A stretch of DNA of 44,152 nt, the filler included, from Jimgerdemannia flammicorona (lineage: Eukaryota), in the NCBI GenBank assembly GCA_003990765.1. It is 2 parts of 2 records of this genome, joined end to end, with 100 filler letters (N's around TTAATTAATTAA, not from the genome) between each part and the next. Parts side by side here need not be neighbours in the genome. Positions count along the whole stretch, not along the records: positions 1 to 22,026 come from RBNJ01001348.1; 1 more part is not named here. One strand, 5' to 3'. Position numbers and translations under genes: made by a program. Below, in pieces: positions 1 through 20,794 of this stretch. Every line of letters begins with the position of its first letter. Within the stretch, counting starts at the first letter, position 1. The notes beneath the pieces are model-generated. The model saw only the letters and a list, made by a program, of their open reading frames with translations, was not told the origin of the DNA and made no database searches.

Positions 1-119
1 AAAAAAATAAGATTGATGATATTATTCAAATTTGTCTGCATATGACTATGAATTAAGAAATAATGAAAAATACATTTTTGAAAAAATATATATATATATA
101 AATTATCTACTTAACTATA

Positions 120-128
<9 letters not shown>

Positions 129-163
<35 letters not shown>

Positions 164-1243
164 TTTTTTTTTTTTATAGTTTCTTAGACTTTTATATTTA
201 TTACCAAACTAGTCTATACTAATATAATATATAACAATCTGACCCACTACTCAATCTTTCTAGAGAGTCTTCTTTTTTCTACTCTTTTATATTAGAACAC
301 TATTTAACTATTAATAACTATAACTCTTTTACCACTTTTCTTATATAACTTCTCTACTAAGTAGTAATAGTAACTATTCTGGAGATTCTATCCTCTCCAC
401 TAGCTAGATATAATATCTATTATCTATTTCTCTTACTGTACTATCTGCTTCTCCAATCTTATTTACTTTTTATTCTTAAATATATATATAGTCAATATCT
501 AATCAATCCTATCTATACTACTAAAGTCAATCTAATAGTGAGCTACTTGTTATCAATATACTCTATTAACTATAACTTTAAGTCACTTTAATAATCTCTC
601 TCTCTAATCTCATACCTTTCTATTTCCAAATAACTATTTATTATTACTCAGAGATCCTTAAGAATCTCACACTCATCTAGTCAATATTCTGATATCTATA
701 AAAAAAACTTCTCTTCTATTTTATATTATAATACTTCTTATAATAAAAATCTCTCTATTTATTAAATAATCTGAGTAAAAGTTCAATATGATATTTCTTC
801 TTAATATATACTGTTATATTATTTAAAACTTCAAAAGAAGTCACTACTATACCTCAGTACTCTAAAATCAGATATTAGTCTAGTTTTATTTCTTATTAAT
901 ACTAACTAACTATCAGCTAACTAATTATAGATTCTAGTTGATTTCTCATTAATACTCTACTCTAGTACTAATATTAAAGTCTATCAGAGAAGAGCTTTTT
1001 AGTAGTAGCCTATTCTATCACTATATTGCTAGACCTCATTGCATCTTCTCTTCAATACTCTATCAATATAGATTAATATAATAAGTATTATCTACTATTT
1101 CTTATTAAAAACTCTTAAATTATAAATATCTACTATCTCTTAGTCTAACTATAGATAGTAGATCATTAGAGAATCCTCTAGAGGAGAATCTTGTCTCCTA
1201 AACTCTCTGCTCAAAGATATCCATCTACCTCTATATAGCTTAA
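129..1243 (-). mobile_element. 5'-truncated LINE (family A, L1/Tx1-like), extremely mutated 3' fragment
   Basis: Poly-T at about 129-175 is followed by the reverse complement of the family A 3' tail (AATAAA..AGTCTAAG..ACTATA-polyA, also at 29074-29100 and 44059-44084). A perfect 13-bp TSD tatatttttagtt lies at 116-128 and 1244-1256. Confidence 0.8.
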
Positions 1244-1699
1244 TATATTTTTAGTTATAGTAAGAGATATATATTATTTAAATTAATTTTTTATTTAAAA
1301 ATAAAAAAATAATTTAAATTTTATATATAAACTAATATACTTTTAAAAATACCTTTTATAGTTATATTGTTTTTTGTTTTTTGTTTTTTTTTGTTTTTTA
1401 AATATTATAAAATTAACTTTAAATATTTAAAATTTAATTATTTATATTTTATTTATATTTAAAATAATATAAATAGCACTTTTAAACAAATTAAATCAAT
1501 GTTTAATTCAATATGAAAACTTTAAAATACAATAACTTGATAAAAACACATCTAAATTTAATATTCTTTATTTGCTTAAGTAAGGTGAATCCAACAAGCT
1601 AAAATTTATATTGAGAGTACTAGATATCGTGACGTCATTGCATTTGCATGACACGTGATTTCTCGTATTACAAGAGCATTACCGCAGAAAAACACCTGA

Positions 1700-3335
1700 A
1701 CGAATTGCTAGGACCTGGATAAAGCCCGCCAAACGGACACTTAAAGTACCAATACCATGATGACGAACAACTCCGTGCCTGCCTTGACACCTTGGGTGTG
1801 CCGCAGTTGGAGGCATGTTCCGCCCTGGCATCTTGGCAACTTGCTGAAGGCGGGTTTGCTAAAGTTTATTATGCACGAGTTCGTTTATTCAACGGGTGGT
1901 ACGAGGTGGCCACTAAAGAATTGAAATTGTCGATGGTTGAAGAGGTGAGTTTCGGTCGGGCAATATATTATATTCCATTATCACTAACTTTGCCATATCT
2001 TCATGTCACCAACACAGTTAGTGCTTAAAATGACCTCACAATGGATATTGTTGCTCTGTCACAACTCAGTCATACCAATATTATCTGATGATCATGATAT
2101 TGGTACTCTCGAGAAGAAGCCGGGCGAACAAGATGGTGATTGGTACACTGCCTTGACATATGCCATGAAACTTACCAGTCACTTGGCCAGTCTCCACGAT
2201 ATGGAATTCTGCCGCAGGATCTCCATGCGGGTAACGTAGTATTCCACAAGTCTCACACCGTGCTCCTGATCGATGTCGGGCTTAGTCGGGCTGTAGAAGA
2301 TGCAAATTCCGAACCAGATGTATACGGTCGGATGGCATACCTCCCTCCTAGATGTTTGAAGGAAAGCAGTATATACAGAAATCAGATGTGTATTGCTTGG
2401 GAATCCTGCTATGGTAGCTGGTCGTCGGTGTCCCACCCCGTAACATCGTATCGGTGGCTGTTGCCAGCGAACCAGATGGCCTTCACGAGGAACTGATCCC
2501 CGGTGCGCCCACTGCATTTAACGACTTTATCCGGAGCTGCTGGCACCCTGGCCCCAATCAACGACCGATTGCCCTTGAAGCTTACAATCAGTTGATCGAA
2601 TGTGTGGCCTGTCTTGTCACCAAATATAGAAAGTCGAGTTTTAAGAGCACTTTCAAGTGCCGATGGTACCGTTTTCACCCGAGATGCAGTCCTTCATAAA
2701 CGACGGTTCATCCATCAGCAAGAGCTGGAATCCAGCAACACCAGCGACGCTTTCGATGGACTGAGTCTGTACCACGCTGGAAGCAAATTCTACACTACTA
2801 AACAGCCCCAGAAAATTGCAGGATATTACTCGCGAGCGGTGCTTGAGAGTCTCAGTCGCTAGCCAAATCTAGGTTTGTAACGATGCTGGAAGAGTTTATC
2901 ACATCTCCTTTTCCAACTGGTGAGCATTAGTGTTTTCGCATCGTTCAGGAATTGGCGTCATTGAAAGTAGTGTCGGCGGATAAGGGAAGGGCATCCAGAT
3001 AAGGATAATAGTTTAGCATACCATGATTAAACTGCCGGTTTATGCTTTATTTTCTTCTACATTTAGAGAAGAACGACAGCGGTGACGAACCCGGCGCTCA
3101 TGCTGAGCTTTGGAAGCAGAACATCGCCATCACTGGTACTTTAGAACTGTCCGAATCATTGTTTTGCAACTGTGTCATCTAGTAAATCTCGTGGTCTGTC
3201 TGAGTCTACTGATTCTCCATTAATTTCAGAAAGTAGGACCGGCGACGGAAAGGCCGGTATCCTAGCTGAGCTTCTAAAAAAAAAAAAAAAAAAAAAAAAA
3301 ACACGTCTTCGCATGAGTTATATCTGTTGGGCAAG
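1700..3335 (+). pseudogene. Tyrosine-kinase-like protein kinase followed by RI-type leucine-rich repeats; frameshifted pseudogene
   Basis: Kinase motifs across frames: LAEGGFAKVY, VATKEL, QDLHAGNV, LIDVGLSR, YGRMAYLPP, SDVYCLGILLW*, CW..PNQRP. GT-AG intron at about 1945-2017. Frameshifts near 2213, 2350 and 2600; TAG at 2415-2417. Downstream segments read NDSGDEPGAHAELWKQNIAITGTLELS (about 3072-3152) and GDGKAGILAELLKK-NTSSHELYLLG (about 3241-3332), matching the NxIGDxGAxxLAExLKxNTSLxxLxL LRR consensus. The 5' boundary is uncertain. Confidence 0.75.
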
Positions 3336-3667
3336 GTAGAACTATGAAAACGTTTATTGGCAGGAATTCAGCTCATTATCAATGATTGTCCACTAATTCT
3401 CATCCCCATTATGTTCAGGAAAGAGTGTTGATGGTATAGCAATGAGTGTTCTCCAAATGTGACCAAGCTCAATCTCAGCTGTGTGTCAAATTTATTATTT
3501 GTGGTTGTGAGATTTGATCATTTTTATAATTCCAGTATGTTTACATTTTTGTTCATATATAGAAAGCAAAATTAGCATTCTATTTTTGCGCACAGCCTTT
3601 CATTCGAATATTTATCTGGACTTATTTACTCTCATCATCCATTGCAGGGCAATCCATCGCCCAACCC

Positions 3668-3950
3668 ACCCAGTCCACGTTCACTCATCCAGTCTATGTT
3701 CGATTGTCTAATTCACGTATATACGCTTGTTCGCTTTTCCAGTTCACGCTTGACTGGTAGTACATCATTTTCTCTTTAGCTCTTCCAGTATTTCGCTCGT
3801 CCAACTAAAATTCGCTTAAGTCTACTGTCACTCCAAGTTATCCATGTTCGTTCGTCCAGTCCACTTTCGCCCGTCCAGTTCACGTTCACTTATACATTGC
3901 TTTGAGTAGTTCACGTTTGCTTACCAGTCCGTTCGCTCGTCCAGTCCATG
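3668..3950. repeat. Degenerate array of ~19-bp units (consensus about ccagtccacgttcgctcgt)
   Basis: Recurring ccagt(c/t)cacgttc(g/a)ct / ttcgctcgtccagt motifs, e.g. ttcgttcgtccagtccact-ttcgcccgtccagttcacg at 3847-3884. Confidence 0.6.
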
Positions 3951-3957
3951 TCTACTT

Positions 3958-4240
3958 GTCTCCTTAACGCCGTCGCCTCTCCAATAGAAATCTCCAACCT
4001 TGACTTGCGCTCCTCTTTCGCCTACCTCTGCATCCTTCAAAAGTCGTTCAAATGCTCTATTCTTATCTGTGCCAATGTCCACAGCTTATTCATAACGAAC
4101 AGCAAGGGTCAACAGCACCTCCAAATGTCCATTCACCACAGCTTTAGTGAATTACTCAGTCTGCTTCTCCAGATTATTGATGCTACCAAAACTTATTCCG
4201 TACCATAGTACAGGATTATCTCCAAATCGTTCGACATGTT
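3958..4240 (-). pseudogene. Sel1-like repeat protein remnant
   Basis: Manual minus-strand translation NLEKQTE*FTKAVVNGHLEVLLTLAVRYE*AVDIGTDKNRAFERLLKDAEVGERGAQVKVGDFYWRGDGVKE matches tandem Sel1 repeats (KAAxxGxxxAxxxLGxxYxxGxGVxxD). Two in-frame stops. Confidence 0.6.
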
Positions 4241-4970
4241 GGTAAATGCAATTTTATTTGTATTTGTTTAGAGCACTAGTAATTCATTAGTATAGTCCTG
4301 ATTGCTGGGCTTCAGTACAGGCTCGATGCCACTGCTATGTTTCACTACGTCGTCTCCACCGGCACTTCCTTCCGCCCATGCCTGCCGGTCCCGAATCTTC
4401 GTCCCCAGCTCCTCCATACTCCCGCCTGTGCTGCGCTCGCTCGCTATCTGCACGCAAGTCGCGATGATTATCACTTCCGAGTACCTAACTGAAACTAGCA
4501 CTTGCCATTACTACCCATTCACGTTCATGGAGGCAGACCTGAGACTTGCAGCTCTTGGAAGACGTTTATTCGAATCTAGTATTAACGTCATGAAAATTTC
4601 GCGCGAACTGGGCGCTCGAGCACACGATGAGGGGAATGGGGGTCAAGAGCGTATTGAAGGTTGAAGAGATGAGAGCTGGGATGTTCAGACACCGGATACG
4701 CGTATTTCTTTAGACGGTAGGAAAAAAAGGAAAATATCAATCTATGAGAAAGACCCAAAAAGCGAAAAGTAAAATGCAAACTTGAACGATCAATAGTGAG
4801 TGTACCATCACTATCACAAGCATACATTGATAAAGAATGAACGCTGAAAAAACAGTAGATAACTATGTGGCCTCCCGTCAAGGTATAACCACCAATTGTT
4901 TGCCGCCACAACCTGATTTCATCCGCGCATATCCAGTCCCACTCTATATGTCGCCGATACCAACCCAAGC

Positions 4971-13670
<8,700 letters not shown>

Positions 13671-13893
13671 TGTGAGTTGCGAATTATGCAGTGGGTACCG
13701 TCCGGCCAAATAGGTGTGGCTGAAAGCAAGAGCAAGCGAAGTGCTCACTGCATTACGATGAATTCAAATGGTAGTTGTAGGAGTAGAAAGAAGTGAAATA
13801 TGTACTTTTCGGAACTATGATTAAGTGACTGCTTCCAATCACTGACACGTGGTTTTATTCACCACAATCCACATATGGACTAATACCATGTCA

Positions 13894-14165
13894 AAGGGAT
13901 CAAGTCCCCGCGGATTTTTATTGGAAGGGAACCTAGACTATATAGGCTGAAACCCTCTCCCCAAGTGCTACCCCCCCCTGTTCTTAGGCTATAGAGAGAA
14001 TCTGCAGTCCTATCATCTCAGCTATATATATTAAATACTGACTATATTGACTTCTACTATATAGACCAGACTTGTCTATTCACTAGAGCTGAATCATTGA
14101 GACCAATACCAGCAAGAGTACACCTACACATCAGATTCAGTGATGTCAGGACTGAATAATATAAT
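13894..14165 (-). mobile_element. 3' fragment of a second LINE family (family B) next to the GCN2 promoter
   Basis: ggatttttattggaagggaacctagactatataggctgaaaccctctc (13912-13959) is the near reverse complement of 35624-35671, the 3' end of the poly-A-tailed, TSD-flanked element at 34520-35726. The inner boundary is approximate. Confidence 0.7.
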
Positions 14166-14309
14166 CTCTCTGATCCTAAATGTAAGTTAGAGACAAAAGA
14201 AAAACTCTCTAACTAACTAATAAAAAATAGAATAGATTTATAGTGAGTAAGTAAAAAAAACTTATATAAAAAATACCCTCAAAAAAACTTATACATGAGC
14301 TAAAGTCTG

Positions 14310-14460
14310 AAAAGACCCCACTTCTACTCTTTGAGTCTATAGATCTCATATTAGCCCTTAATTCTAATTAAATACTACTAAATGAGAAAGATCCTACTCT
14401 TTAAGTCTATAGATCTCAATTATATTATCATATTAGCTCTTAGTTCTAGTTACATATAGT
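14310..14460. repeat. Two-copy ~70-bp direct repeat
   Basis: ctactcttt(g/a)agtctatagatctca...atattagc(c/t)ctta(a/g)ttcta(a/g)tta occurs at about 14324 and 14394. Confidence 0.6.
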
Positions 14461-14481
14461 CAGAATATCAGTCACTATACC

Positions 14482-17400
14482 TTTTTTTATTTTTATTTTT
14501 ATAGTTACTTAGACTTCTACTTTATTACTATCTATTCTATATTATATATACTAATACAGATATATAGATATACCCCTCACCTAATCCTATATAGAGTCTC
14601 TCTCTCCTCTTCTCTCTCTCTTCTCTCTCTTTTCTTTATTTCTTCAGAAAGTTACCAACTCTCCTGCTATCCTAACTCTCTCTCTACTTTATCTGCAAAT
14701 TTTCTCCATAAGTCTTTTACAAAGTTCTTCTTTAGGTCTCTATTCCTACCATCAACTATTTAAAAGATTCAGTATCAATTATTTCTATCTTGCTATCTAT
14801 ACTCTAAGTATTAACTACTGACTATTTTCAAATATATATAGCTAATATATGGTAAGCCCAACCTAAATAGCTAGAGTTCACTTAATAAATAACTACTCAT
14901 TACTAACCCCTTCCACTAATTTTCTTGGGAGATCATCTTATCTCTTATCTATTACTCACTCTAGTGAGTATGAGTATACTTCTAACTGACCCTCTATAGC
15001 CCTCTAAAAGTCTCTTATAATCTTATACTCTCCTAGTCAATGCTCAGAAGTCTACATCACTCTACTCTCTTACTCAATATTAAGACACTTTTTATACTCT
15101 AAGATACTCTCTTTTACTAAGTATCCTAATTAATAGTTCAGTATCATATTATACTACAAGAGCCTCCACCACACTATCCAGAATTTGGGAGGAATCTATC
15201 TTACTATCTATTTACTCTAAGACCAAATACTATTTTAGTCCCACTCTTTACCAATTCCTACTACTTGCTATATCTCTGACCACAAATCTCTTCTGTGCTC
15301 TTGAAGATACTCTATTCTATCCTTTAAACTAAAATTATCTACTGGCATATCTCTTAACATAAGATAGTTCCATCTCTATATCTGGGGTCTCCAGTCTACC
15401 TCTCTCTCCTCACTCTATTACTAGAGATCAATTCATTAAGCTCTATTAACCACTCTCTACCAAAACTCTCTAAAGTATATCTTCTGGCTTATCTTCAGTA
15501 TTACCAGAGAGAGCAAGTTACCAGACATGTCATAGGGAGAGAATTATATCTCTCACACTTTCTATATAAGGGGCACCCACTCTTGGTCTCTCAACTTACT
15601 AGCTCACTTCAGCTACTATACTCTCAAGCAGTATAGGTACTTAGTAAAGTCCACCAGATCCAGTCCTCTCTAATCCACTGACAGTATCAATATCTTTCAG
15701 CCAATCTGACTCTGCTGCTCTATCCATATTTATATTTTGGTCATCTTTAATAATCTCTTAACTATCTATACTAGGAAGTTCAAATGATATCTCAGATACT
15801 ACAACTTAGGTAGCTAATATACATTCAACACTATTACTCTTTCTGCTAGAGAGATATATCAGCTTCCTTATCTCAGAAGAGTATTTTTCCACTCAATCAG
15901 CCTTTGCTCTCACTATCTTTAAGGCAACAGAGATCTATATACTAAGAAGTAAATCTTCAAGTACTAGACTGTCTCTTCTACTGAGATAATTATTTCAATT
16001 ATATTTCCTCTTACTATCTCTCTATCAAACATCAGTATCTTATACTTATACTAATTAAGCTTAGTATCTAAGTACCTCTTATATTATTTCACTATTTCTT
16101 TTAGTATTGCTATATTCTCTACAGAGCCTAGCTCTATTACTATATTATTAACAAAGACCCCCATCTTCCAGTTTACTCTCAGAATATTTAACCCCCTCTA
16201 TACCTAATCTTATTCAATAAAGACTCCAGAGAGAGAGTATAAAAGATCAGTAATAGTGAGTCTCTCTGTAGCACTCTTCTGCCTAAGAAAAACAACTCTC
16301 TCCTATGTCTATTCATCAGAATAGCTGTCTGACTTCTCTTTAACAGACTAATCAATAATTGTCTAAATCCTAAGAGAACTCCTATATACTTCAGTACTCT
16401 CTTCAGTTACATATACTAGACTCTATTATAGGTCTTCTCTTAGTCTAGAAATACTAGCCAACTATCTACTCTTATAGTATATACTTCTTCAATGATATCA
16501 TATATTTATACTATTCTATCTCTTATCAAATAATCCTTAATAAAACTCCTCTGCTCTGCCCCCAATATCTGCTGAGCCACTTACTGCAACCTAGCCACCA
16601 ATATCTTTATAACCAATTTGTGATCTATATCTAAAAGTATGATCAGCCTCCAGTTTTTCTATTCTTCTCTTCTGCTCTTATTCTTATACAATAGAGCTAT
16701 ATATAATACTTAGATGCTACCTCTCAATCTAAGCTTCTGAGCCAATAACTTCATTATATATCTATGTCATCTCCTCTAAAGTCAACTCTATATCTGTTAT
16801 TCTCTTCCAGAAATCTCAGAGTAAACTATTCTCTCTAGGGACTATCCTAAGACTTATTATCATCAATACCCTACAATCTTCTTCCCTTAGACAGATATAT
16901 CAAGTTCACCTAAGCTCTCTATCAGATCCAAATACCAATTCTTCAGATATTATTCAATATCTAGTGTATCTTCTCTACCCTCCTTCTTACTCCACAATTA
17001 TCTTCACCAAGAGCTCAACTGGTCCAATATTTCTGGAGTTTCAACCACCATCTCTCTTACCTCATTCAATATTCCTTCTTACTGCTATCTCACTCTCCTT
17101 ATCTGAAGCAGTCTTGACAAGAACTTTGTGGGCCTCTCTCTCTTTTTTAAGCCCTACCACTACAGCTAGACTACTATTTCCTTTATCTGTAATTCTTCCT
17201 CCTGTCTCAGCAGTCCTTCAGTTTCTCCACCTCTAGTCAGACCTACTGAATCTTCTAATTCTCCTTCTCTCTATTGTTCAGCAAAATCAGTCTACTTCTC
17301 CAATAGCTTTCCCAACCTCTGGAAAGCCCACCTTAAACATCTCCTCTACTGAGTATCTCTCTTCCTCCCTACCTTCTCTCAGAACCTTTAAGTATCTAAT

Positions 17401-18066
17401 TTTAAATACCACCATCAATCTTCAATCTCCAGTCCCTGTGTCCTCTAGTTAATGATCCTAGAGCTAATATCTACCACCCAAGCATCACACAAAGAGGACT
17501 CTCTCAGCAATAAAGTATTCAGATATCAATATCTAAGCCTCTCCTCACTTTTCTCAAATCTTCTACAACTCAGTAGATTTTAGTGATCAGATCATGGGTA
17601 CCAGACTATCTCTAAAGAACCTCAGATATCTGCTTCTCAGTACTCAGCAGTCAAGATCCAGTCAATCCTCAAACCTAATCCTGCTATCCAATAAGTATGT
17701 ATAGACCCTATAGTCTCTTCACTCAAGATATCTAGTATTCACCAGTGAGCTCAGCCTTTCAATCTCCTCTCAGCCTTCTATATCTCTACTTCTATCAGCC
17801 ATCTCTTCCCTTAATTAGTCCTGTCTAACTACCTATTCCATATTATATTAAAGTCTTTACCCAGATAGTCAATTCTCTCTACTATTATAGTATTTATATC
17901 TTATAGTTCTCTTATCTACTCCATGTGCTCTCTCCTTCTACTGGATAATAATAGAACCCAATAGTTAAGGAGCTCCAGCCTGGCCTCCTCTATACTCCCC
18001 ACACTACTCTATTTCCCCAATATCCAATATCCCCAATATTTCCCTTGCTCTTCTAAATCAGAATAC
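14482..18066 (-). mobile_element. LINE family A copy (endonuclease part, RT, 3' tail), heavily mutated, cut inside the endonuclease domain by the hAT insertion
   Basis: T-rich tail and family A 3' motif at 14482-14530. The reverse complement is colinear with ORF2 of the 38330-44152 copy, e.g. 18066-17950 matches 40553-40680 (G.GILI region) and 16560-16400 matches the QxGF / FLDxxKxYxRV region. Confidence 0.9.
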
Positions 18067-18270
18067 TAGTGCTCCAAACGAATGGAGTTGATCCGGATGA
18101 GATTCGATTCAGATTCATCATGTGATGGATTCGAATCAACTTGGATTGGTCTTGTGATCTGATCCGGATTGATCCATCCGGATTGATCCATCTGGATGAT
18201 CCATCCGGATGATCCATCCAGATGATCCATCCAGATTGACCCATCCAGATTGATCCATTCGGATTGAAAT
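18067..18270. repeat. hAT terminal inverted repeat and subterminal gatccatc(c/t)ggat-type repeats
   Basis: Tandem gatccatccggat(t) units at 18160-18265. gatggattc(g/a)aatcaact is shared with the MITE arms. Confidence 0.8.
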
Positions 18271-18469
18271 CTTTGGTGACGTCACCCTTTCTTTTGTTCA
18301 TTTCGCTCTTGTTTTTTTTTTCTGCCGCACTTTGGTGACATCACTCTTTCCTTTGTTCCCTCTCTTTTCTTTGTTCTTTTTCTTTGTTCTTTCCTGCCAC
18401 ATCACAAGCAAACAAAACAGCAGCCCTAAATTCGTACGTTGGTCCAGTCTACTCATTTTTCACCCTGCA

Positions 18470-20594
18470 ATGATTGTCAAAAGAGGGAGTATTCGAGGTG
18501 AAAACATACTCTCTGCTGACAATGTTAGATTCTTTCTCATATGGACAGCATACAAGCTGCTCATCGAGAGCCAAAGGAGTGATGGCGGTGGCGGTGGTGG
18601 TGGTGATGGCGATGGCGATGGCGGAGATGAGGGAGAATTCCGGCAACAACTCACGGCGGCCCTTCGGACCTCGGAATTCACAGACCTCACAGCTATGTAC
18701 GCGGCAGCCTTTTTGGAGCAGCCGATAGTAGATGTAGGTTGCTCACTCAGCCGCTACTTGTTTACTTGTATTTATTTATTTAAACTTCCCCAGCATGACC
18801 CAATTCACCTCGTACTTTTCTCAGAGTCCACAGCTCTATGGCGAGATCTGCTGACTTTATTCGCAACATCTGGTCAAGATGAAGAAAGGCTGGCGGATGT
18901 TGTGGGGCATGCCTTTGGTGGCTGAGCTGTTGAGTCAATGCATCGCATGGCGGAGGTCTCAAAAAGAACAGAAGCAAGCCTTCGTGAGCAATTCTTGTGC
19001 AACTCGTGCAACTCGTCGGTGTGCAACTCATCAGCATGCAACTCATCGGCATGCAGATCACTTACTCATGCTCTTTTTCTGAAATACCCATCTCCGTATT
19101 TTATTTAATTTCATTTTTATGTGGTCTCCCCCTAAAAAACACCCACACCCGTATGCAACCTGCATGCAACCCGTCCGCATGCAACCCACCCGCCCACACG
19201 CAACCTGCCCACATGCAACCCGCCCACAACCCGCCCGCCTGCATGCAACCCACCCACACGCAACCCGCCTGCAACCCGCCCGCATGCAACCCACCTGCAA
19301 CCCGCCTGCACGCAACCCACCCACACGCAACCCATCCACATACTTATCTCAGTCCCTCAGATTAGGGCTCAGTTCCAGTGGAAAGGAGAGTTCAAAGTTA
19401 TCCGAGTTCAACCATGTCTGGCATCTGATCAAATAGAGAAATTCGAGGGCAAGATATTCAGCATGAGTAGTACCAGCATCGTCATCAAGGCTTGGGGGTC
19501 TACATTTGAATCAGAGCCAATCATACTCGACCAAGGGGTCCATTGGCCAGCAGGAGTAACCAACGACGAAGAGAACTATATCTTTATTAACGAATGTAGA
19601 GAGGTGGTTGTGATGATGGTAAGGAACCTCTATGGCAATGAGCTTCACCACCACATCAATGAGATTTGCGAGGATTGCGTCAAATACCGGGTGGCAGGGA
19701 AGAGGGGGCGAAAAAAGCAAGGAGGGGGGGTTTGGACGGGAATTGGGTATACTGCAACACTGGCGAAGGGTGGGTTCCGAAATCCCCCACACTCGTCTCT
19801 CTTTTTTTTTAACCCCTCCCCAGATAAATTACACTCTTCGCCGACATACTCTTTTTGATACAATTCCAGGGATGCACAAGATTCTGTACCCCTACCGGAA
19901 CTTTAGAAGTGCCGTCGAAGAGCAAACTGCGTGCGAGCATGACACGGCCTGTGTGGCGATGGCAGCTATGATCTGGAGTTCTTTGAGCAGATTGGTAGAG
20001 TGTACAGCAGGCCAGCTTGGTGGTGATCTCGGCGCAGCTGTACGTATGTTCTTGGCACAATTTAGTGTGTCGTATGAGGTGAGGAGCTCCGCTTTTTTAG
20101 GGGGTGCTGCAGCCCGGGGGGTTTCTGTGGCCCAGGGGGTTTTTGCCCCCCGAATGCAAAAAGGACTGACTGGTTGCCGTCCGTTTTGGCAGGTTTCCAA
20201 GCTGGGGCTCCCGGGGCTGGACCAAGGGCAGGTATCCACCAGTACAGCCTAGCAGTATGAGGTCCTGGGCCAAGGGTTCACCCAACCGTACGCTCGCGTC
20301 ACATCAGGATACATCAGGCACAACCTTTCTCTGCCCACACACACAGACAACAACATCACCCCGGTAATATTTTACGTCCCGGAAAGGAAGGGCCCAACCT
20401 GGGAGGACAGTGGCGGAGTCTGGTACGACCTTACCTATGGTTTCGGGGTCCCATTTGTGGCCAACATGGCCATCCTATTCCAACCACATAACCACCATGG
20501 CACCGTCGCCTTCGAGGAGAGCTCGGACACAACAGTCGTCACACTCACAACAGATGACAGGCTTATCAAGGCCTGGGACCAGTGGGTGAAGTAG
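18470..20594 (+). pseudogene. TET/JBP-like 2OG-Fe(II) dioxygenase, 5 exons, ~469 codons, two premature stops
   Basis: Proposed exons 18470-18733, 18825-18983, 19361-19690, 19824-20078, 20193-20594, all joined by phase-0 GT-AG introns. The exon 3 donor GTGGCA is weak; an alternative GTAAGG is at 19619. Exon 5 reads ...RVTSGYIRHNLSLPTHTDNNITPVIFYVPERKGPTWEDSGGVWYDLTYGFGVPFVANMAILFQPHNHHGTVAFEESSDTTVVTLTTDDRLIKAWDQWVK*, with HxD at 20340-20348 and distal His (HGT) at 20496. Stops: TGA 18852, TAG 20250. Confidence 0.75.
19153..19340. repeat. Intronic minisatellite (gcaaccc(g/a)ccc(g/a)ca(t/c), ~11-19-bp units)
   Basis: About a dozen (g/a)caaccc-type cores inside intron 2 of the dioxygenase gene. 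A related gcaactc(g/a)t run lies at 18999-19055. Confidence 0.85.
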
Positions 20595-20794
20595 TTTTTG
20601 TGAGGGTTAGGCAGCCATTTTGTACAGGTTGGGCAGTCTTATGTGGGGGGGTTGGGCCGGGCGCCTCTTATGTAGCACTAGCTTAGCCGTTATACAGGGC
20701 CCTACTGGCCCCTTGGCCCTGCTCTACAGTACTGCCGGTGCGGCGCTGCGGCACAGGGCTGGGGTGCCCATGGGACCCAAACCGGCGACTGCGA

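Noticed and set aside
1257..1660. AT-rich stretch with aataacttgat similar to the MITE arm, plus tgacgtca and cacgtg motifs
   Set aside because: Probably a decayed DNA-transposon remnant, but the match is too short and no TIR/TSD could be fixed. The short motifs are expected by chance.
3276..3301. Poly-A run as a retroposon tail
   Set aside because: No TSD or upstream AATAAA; it falls exactly within the LRR KKN codons.
13845..13852. CACGTG E-box upstream of GCN2
   Set aside because: A single hexamer with no supporting evidence.
18580..18632. ggc/ggt/gat trinucleotide run
   Set aside because: Low-complexity Gly/Asp linker within exon 1 of the passenger gene, not a separate feature.
20232..20255. 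24-nt GT..AG segment that would remove the TAG at 20250, or rescue by A-to-I editing or readthrough
   Set aside because: Too short for a normal intron and no branch point. The other stop (18852) and the transposase lesions indicate ordinary transition decay.
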